From assembly GCA_964563355.1 (NCBI GenBank), contig CAZLVU010000003.1:773-64772 (forward strand): a DNA stretch of 64,000 bases. Reading direction: 5' to 3'. The position numbers were made by a program, and so were the translations under genes. The number at the start of each line of letters is the position of its first letter. Position 1 is the stretch's first letter. A model generated the notes under the pieces. That model saw only the letters and a program-made list of their open reading frames with translations, was not told the DNA's origin and made no database searches. Positions 60,892 through 64,000 of the stretch are shown piece after piece. The stretch is from an uncultured Candidatus Poseidoniales archaeon (lineage in GTDB: Archaea > Thermoplasmatota > Poseidoniia > Poseidoniales > Thalassarchaeaceae).

Positions 60892-61311
60892 ATGGCATTC
60901 CAATCGGAACGTCGAATCGACTTCCCCATGGTTGATCTCGCCAAGATCGTCTACTATCCAAGGTTCTGGGACCTAGCCCATAGGTTCTACGAGGAGTCGT
61001 GGGAGTACACCTGCGGGATGCACTACAATGAGATTCTCAGTGAGCGCAAGATTGCCTTCCCTCTGGTTCACAGCGACACAGAGTTCCTGCATCCCGTTTT
61101 CTACGGTGACACGATTCAATGCACCCTGACAGTCCCTAAGATCGGCAACACTTCCATCACTTGGAGGTACGAGTTCCGCAACCAGAACGGAACACTCTGC
61201 TGGAAGTCAGACCAGGTTACCGTGTGCACTGACATGAACGAGGTCGGCAACAAGGTCCCAGTTCCTGACTGGATGCGCGAGGGGCTGTCAAAACTGTCCC
61301 CGGACGATTAG
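60892..61311 (+). CDS. acyl-CoA thioesterase, 4HBT/YbgC-like hotdog fold
   Basis: RIDFPMVDLAKIVYYPRFWDLAHRFYE...FPLVHSDTEFLHPVFYGDTIQCTLTV...ITWRYEF matches the YbgC/4HBT pattern, including the Asp near the N-terminus. Confidence 0.65.
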   Translation: MAFQSERRIDFPMVDLAKIVYYPRFWDLAHRFYEESWEYTCGMHYNEILSERKIAFPLVHSDTEFLHPVFYGDTIQCTLTVPKIGNTSITWRYEFRNQNGTLCWKSDQVTVCTDMNEVGNKVPVPDWMREGLSKLSPDD

Positions 61312-61694
61312 CTCCGAGGCCACTTCTTCTCCAAGGCCCTCCGCAGAGAATCGTCCATCCTCGCATCCCACCAGTTGGCCTCCCGCCAGACCGCATACTT
61401 GCCTCGGATTCCTCGCATGTCCGCTCCGTCCAGCCTAGCTCCCTGGAGGTTGGACAGCCCCAACCTCGCCTTCGCCATCCGAGCTCCTCTAAGGTCGGCT
61501 CCGTCCATTGCCGCCTTCATCAGGTTAGCCCCCCTCATCGAGGCATTCCTGAGATCAGCTCCCGAGAGGTCCGCCCCCTCCAAGTCAGCCCTGTCGAGAA
61601 TCGCTCTGCGCAGGTCCGCTCCGGCTAGTTCCGCGCCTCTGAGATCCTCGCCTACGTGAGAGGTGAATGACCAGTCTTTCTTCGACTCAACCAT
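61308..61694 (-). CDS. pentapeptide-repeat protein
   Basis: A(D/N)LxG pentads run continuously: GEDLRGAELAGADLRRAILDRADLEGADLSGADLRNASMRGANLMKAAMDGADLRGARMAKARLG. Confidence 0.9.
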   Translation of the reverse strand: MVESKKDWSFTSHVGEDLRGAELAGADLRRAILDRADLEGADLSGADLRNASMRGANLMKAAMDGADLRGARMAKARLGLSNLQGARLDGADMRGIRGKYAVWREANWWDARMDDSLRRALEKKWPRS

Positions 61695-61698
61695 CCTC

Positions 61699-62271
61699 TC
61701 ACCTGTTCAAAGATAGGTGGTCTAAGTGGTCCCTACCCGCCTCGGTAAGGACAACGAATCCGTTCCTCCGTGGGCGTCTGCGGGGGTATTCCAGATAGGG
61801 GGGGACCCGTCCCCCACTGCCACCCTCCAGCATTCTGCTGATGTACAGTGAAATGTTCCACCTGGCAACCGTTCGTTTCGTCCACTTTCCTGTTTCCACA
61901 ATCAACTGCCGCAACTCCCTTGGTTGAGTGTGACCCTCCTTCTCCACTGACCTCATGTACTGAATGGCAGCTAACACTACGTCGCCCTTGTTCTCGATTT
62001 CACAGGAGTCTAGGAGCCTAGCGAAAGAGGTACCTCTGTCTGGGAAACCACTGCTTCGAATCGCCTCTAGCGTACTCTCCAAGGCTTCCTGTCGGGCTAT
62101 TCTGACCCTTGAGAGAGTGGACGACCAGGTGTCTTGTGGTGTTACTTTGAGCCATCGATCGCTCGCCTCCCTGGTGTAGTCGTCCAGGTTAATCTCCTGA
62201 GAGCCTAGAAGGAGGTGCATCCTCCCCTTCCTCTTCCTTCTCTTGGAAGCCACGCCCAGTCCTGAGCCCAA
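61699..62271 (-). CDS. hypothetical protein, basic N-terminus, possible C-terminal winged-helix
   Basis: TTG 62271 (MGSGLGVASKRRKRKGR...) or ATG 62220, which is preceded by GAGGAAGGGGAGG. The C-terminal RRNGFVVLTEAGRDHLDHL resembles a wHTH wing. The stop lies 4 nt before the pentapeptide gene start. Confidence 0.45.
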   Translation of the reverse strand: MGSGLGVASKRRKRKGRMHLLLGSQEINLDDYTREASDRWLKVTPQDTWSSTLSRVRIARQEALESTLEAIRSSGFPDRGTSFARLLDSCEIENKGDVVLAAIQYMRSVEKEGHTQPRELRQLIVETGKWTKRTVARWNISLYISRMLEGGSGGRVPPYLEYPRRRPRRNGFVVLTEAGRDHLDHLSLNR

Positions 62272-62322
62272 TTACTTATCAGGTTAATTTTCCCAGCATT
62301 TCCTTTACATTTTCCATAATCC

Positions 62323-63135
62323 TTGAGGCGTGAGATTCAAGGAGCGTCCCCACGGGGACGACTCGTGAGCGACGATTCCAGTGACGGCTACCCCCTTGTC
62401 CTGCATGCCGAGGCCGACCCATCCCGACTAGGTGGAACGGCAATCTGTGGGTTCTCGACTGTTGGATCCGTGGGAGTCATTGCAACCTCTCACATTATCA
62501 ACTCTCTAGAAGTCAGACCAATGGGGACCGTACTTCACCCAAAGTTTCCTGCAGTCGCCTTAATTCACGATTCAGTCCCAAAGCATCCAGTCAGGGTTTA
62601 CCAAGGGGACGGCATCGGGATTTTCACTGCAGAGATCCAGTTCCCCAGCGAGCATGACGTCCACTTCGCGAACACGGTTCTTGAATGGTTCACCAAGGGC
62701 GGATTTGACCGCTTGATTGTTATTGATGGAGTTGTCAGCAACGACCTGGGCATCAAGGAAGATAGCGAACTATGGGGAGTAGCATCCACTGGCATCGGCC
62801 GAGACCAGCTTGACAGCTCAGATATCCAGCGCATTCAGCAGGGCGTCGTAGCAGGCATCGCTGGTTATCTGATCGCCGAGGGCGAACGCAGGGGGCTTGA
62901 CGTGACCGCCTTACTAGCCGAGTGCAATCCCTTGTACCCTGATGCGAGGGCGGCCCTAATTGCAATTGAGGGCCTAAGCGAGCTGATGGACCTGGAGATC
63001 CCTGTGAGGGGGCTGCTCGAGGACGCCAAGAACATCGAGGACCGAGTCAGGGAAGCCTTCGAACGGGCCCAAGCTACCGCCCTACCTCCTCCGGAATCCG
63101 ACGATGATGACGATGACGTCCCAATGGTCTACTGA
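62323..63135 (+). CDS. PAC2-family proteasome assembly chaperone-like protein, paralog 2, with an acidic C-terminal tail
   Basis: TAICGFSTVGSVGVIATSHIINSLEVRPMGTV...PVRVYQGD parallels paralog 1. The tail is PPPESDDDDDDVPMVY. The start is uncertain (TTG 62323 or GTG 62365). Confidence 0.6.
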   Translation: MRREIQGASPRGRLVSDDSSDGYPLVLHAEADPSRLGGTAICGFSTVGSVGVIATSHIINSLEVRPMGTVLHPKFPAVALIHDSVPKHPVRVYQGDGIGIFTAEIQFPSEHDVHFANTVLEWFTKGGFDRLIVIDGVVSNDLGIKEDSELWGVASTGIGRDQLDSSDIQRIQQGVVAGIAGYLIAEGERRGLDVTALLAECNPLYPDARAALIAIEGLSELMDLEIPVRGLLEDAKNIEDRVREAFERAQATALPPPESDDDDDDVPMVY

Positions 63136-63735
63136 CTAGTAGAACGGGTTCGTCCCTGCTGCGTGGTCGGTTACATCGACTACCCCGGAAACCTCCGGGA
63201 CTCCATCGGTGATCATGACCTCGACTCCTTGCTTCAGTGTGACATCAACCATCCCACACCCCTGGCATCCTCCCCCGAACGCGATTATCGCCTTGCCTTC
63301 ATCCACCCCAATCAGGTCGACGTGACCTCCGTGGGTTGCCACAACTGGATTAACCTGCTCGGAGATGATCTCGGCAACCGCTTTGGACGTGTCATCAATC
63401 CACAGAGGGTTTGGGTTCTCAAAGCTGAACCCTCCCCCCATCAGGGTCTCCTTGTAGTCAATCACGGTACCATCTAGGTAAGGAGCGCTCCGCTCCCCAA
63501 TGAACACATCAAGCCCGTTGATCTCGATCTTGATGTCATTTCCTTGCGAGTCATCAATTCCAATCAACTGCAGATCATACTGGAATCCCTTGGGACCCCT
63601 TCCAACTATCTCCAACTTTAGAGCGAGGTTTTCGTCGCTTTCTGCTTGCTCCGCAAATTGGTCCAGCATCTCACGAGCTTTCTGGGTTATCTCCAGCATA
63701 TTGCCCGAACCTGCCAGCACATCCCCTCTCTTCAA
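63136..63735 (-). CDS. NfuA-like Fe-S cluster carrier (degenerate IscA/HesB-like N-domain plus Nfu C-domain)
   Basis: The C-terminal Nfu domain is VNPVVATHGGHVDLIGVDEGKAIIAFGGGCQGCGMVDVTLKQGVE (CxxC). The N-terminal A-type-like domain is LALKLEIVGRGPKGFQYDLQLI...GGGFSFENP. Confidence 0.7.
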   Translation of the reverse strand: MKRGDVLAGSGNMLEITQKAREMLDQFAEQAESDENLALKLEIVGRGPKGFQYDLQLIGIDDSQGNDIKIEINGLDVFIGERSAPYLDGTVIDYKETLMGGGFSFENPNPLWIDDTSKAVAEIISEQVNPVVATHGGHVDLIGVDEGKAIIAFGGGCQGCGMVDVTLKQGVEVMITDGVPEVSGVVDVTDHAAGTNPFY

Positions 63736-63785
63736 CCTGTTCTCTTTTCAGTCAAGCTCTTCACCCTTCACCACATCGCGGGTAT

Positions 63786-64000
63786 GTGACTCTGGATAGT
63801 CTGGGCAGATCCCTCAAGGACCTGAGGATCTCGGTCACCGACAGATGTAACTTCAGATGCCGCTACTGCATGCCAAGAGAGAGATTCGACGAGGCCCACA
63901 CCTTCCTCCCGAGAAGGGCGATGCTATCTTTTGAACAGATTGAGAGGTTTGTACGCGCCTCCCTCCCCCTCGGTCTTACCAAGGTCAGATTCACAGGCGG
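63786..64000 (+). CDS. moaA: GTP 3',8-cyclase MoaA (radical SAM), N-terminal fragment running off the right window edge
   Basis: I translated from GTG 63786 by hand: [72 protein letters not shown]. The frame is open to the window end and contains the CxxxCxxC radical-SAM motif. Not in the supplied ORF track. Confidence 0.85.
   Translation, partial: [71 protein letters not shown]

Noticed and set aside
58483-60961. Two minus-strand ORFs (58483..58989 and 60728..60961) share the peptide MADPPRFEHG, which hints at a repeated protein family.
   Set aside because: The shared peptide is simply the antisense translation of the identical 3' halves of the two tRNA-Arg genes.
58862-61311. An integrated mobile element at the tRNA-Arg genes.
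   Set aside because: No integrase, transposase or partial tRNA (att) duplicate is present. Both tRNAs are full-length with different anticodons. The observation is kept only as a possible cassette insertion.

Overview
Gene-dense archaeal chromosome segment; most intergenic spacers are under 150 bp. I saw no rRNA, CRISPR array, transposase, integrase or reverse transcriptase. Archaeal information-processing genes are unambiguous: TFB, topoisomerase VI A/B, an RFC-like clamp loader, RpoP, RpoN, L18e/L13/S9, diphthine synthase, Trm5-like methyltransferase and two PAC2 proteasome-chaperone paralogs. They sit beside many bacterial-type genes: NAD-dependent DNA ligase LigA, RlmH, an NfuA-like Fe-S carrier, a PlsC-type acyltransferase, a FadA/FadN/FadE-style beta-oxidation operon, an AapJ-like solute-binding protein and a DnaQ-like exonuclease. 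This mosaic, plus two giant surface proteins (1718 aa and about 2586 aa, roughly 20 % of the window), fits a Thermoplasmatota / Marine Group II-III (Poseidoniales-like) planktonic archaeon; that assignment is inference only. There are five tRNA genes (Asp-GUC, Arg-CCU, Pro-GGG, Arg-GCG, Arg-CCG), all with an encoded CCA. Two edge-truncated genes missing from the ORF track were found by hand translation: a hypothetical on the minus strand at 1-1004 and moaA at 63786-64000. The candidates I rate most worth follow-up are: (1) a seven-repeat propeller-like surface protein with a vWA/MIDAS domain inserted inside one repeat, an integrin-alpha-like layout; (2) a giant protein with about 30 Asp-rich calcium-loop repeats and a cytoplasmic DUF4129-like tail; (3) a lipobox-anchored amino-acid-binding protein on a long coiled-coil stalk, with no transporter nearby, bracketed by twin tRNA-Arg genes; (4) a bacterial-type LigA followed by a solo Cas4-like Fe-S nuclease / DEDDh exonuclease pair; (5) a double zinc-ribbon RpoP translationally coupled to a divergent RFC-like ATPase. 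I cannot show from sequence alone that any of these is a coherent new system. All family calls rest on motifs I recognise by eye, not on database searches.
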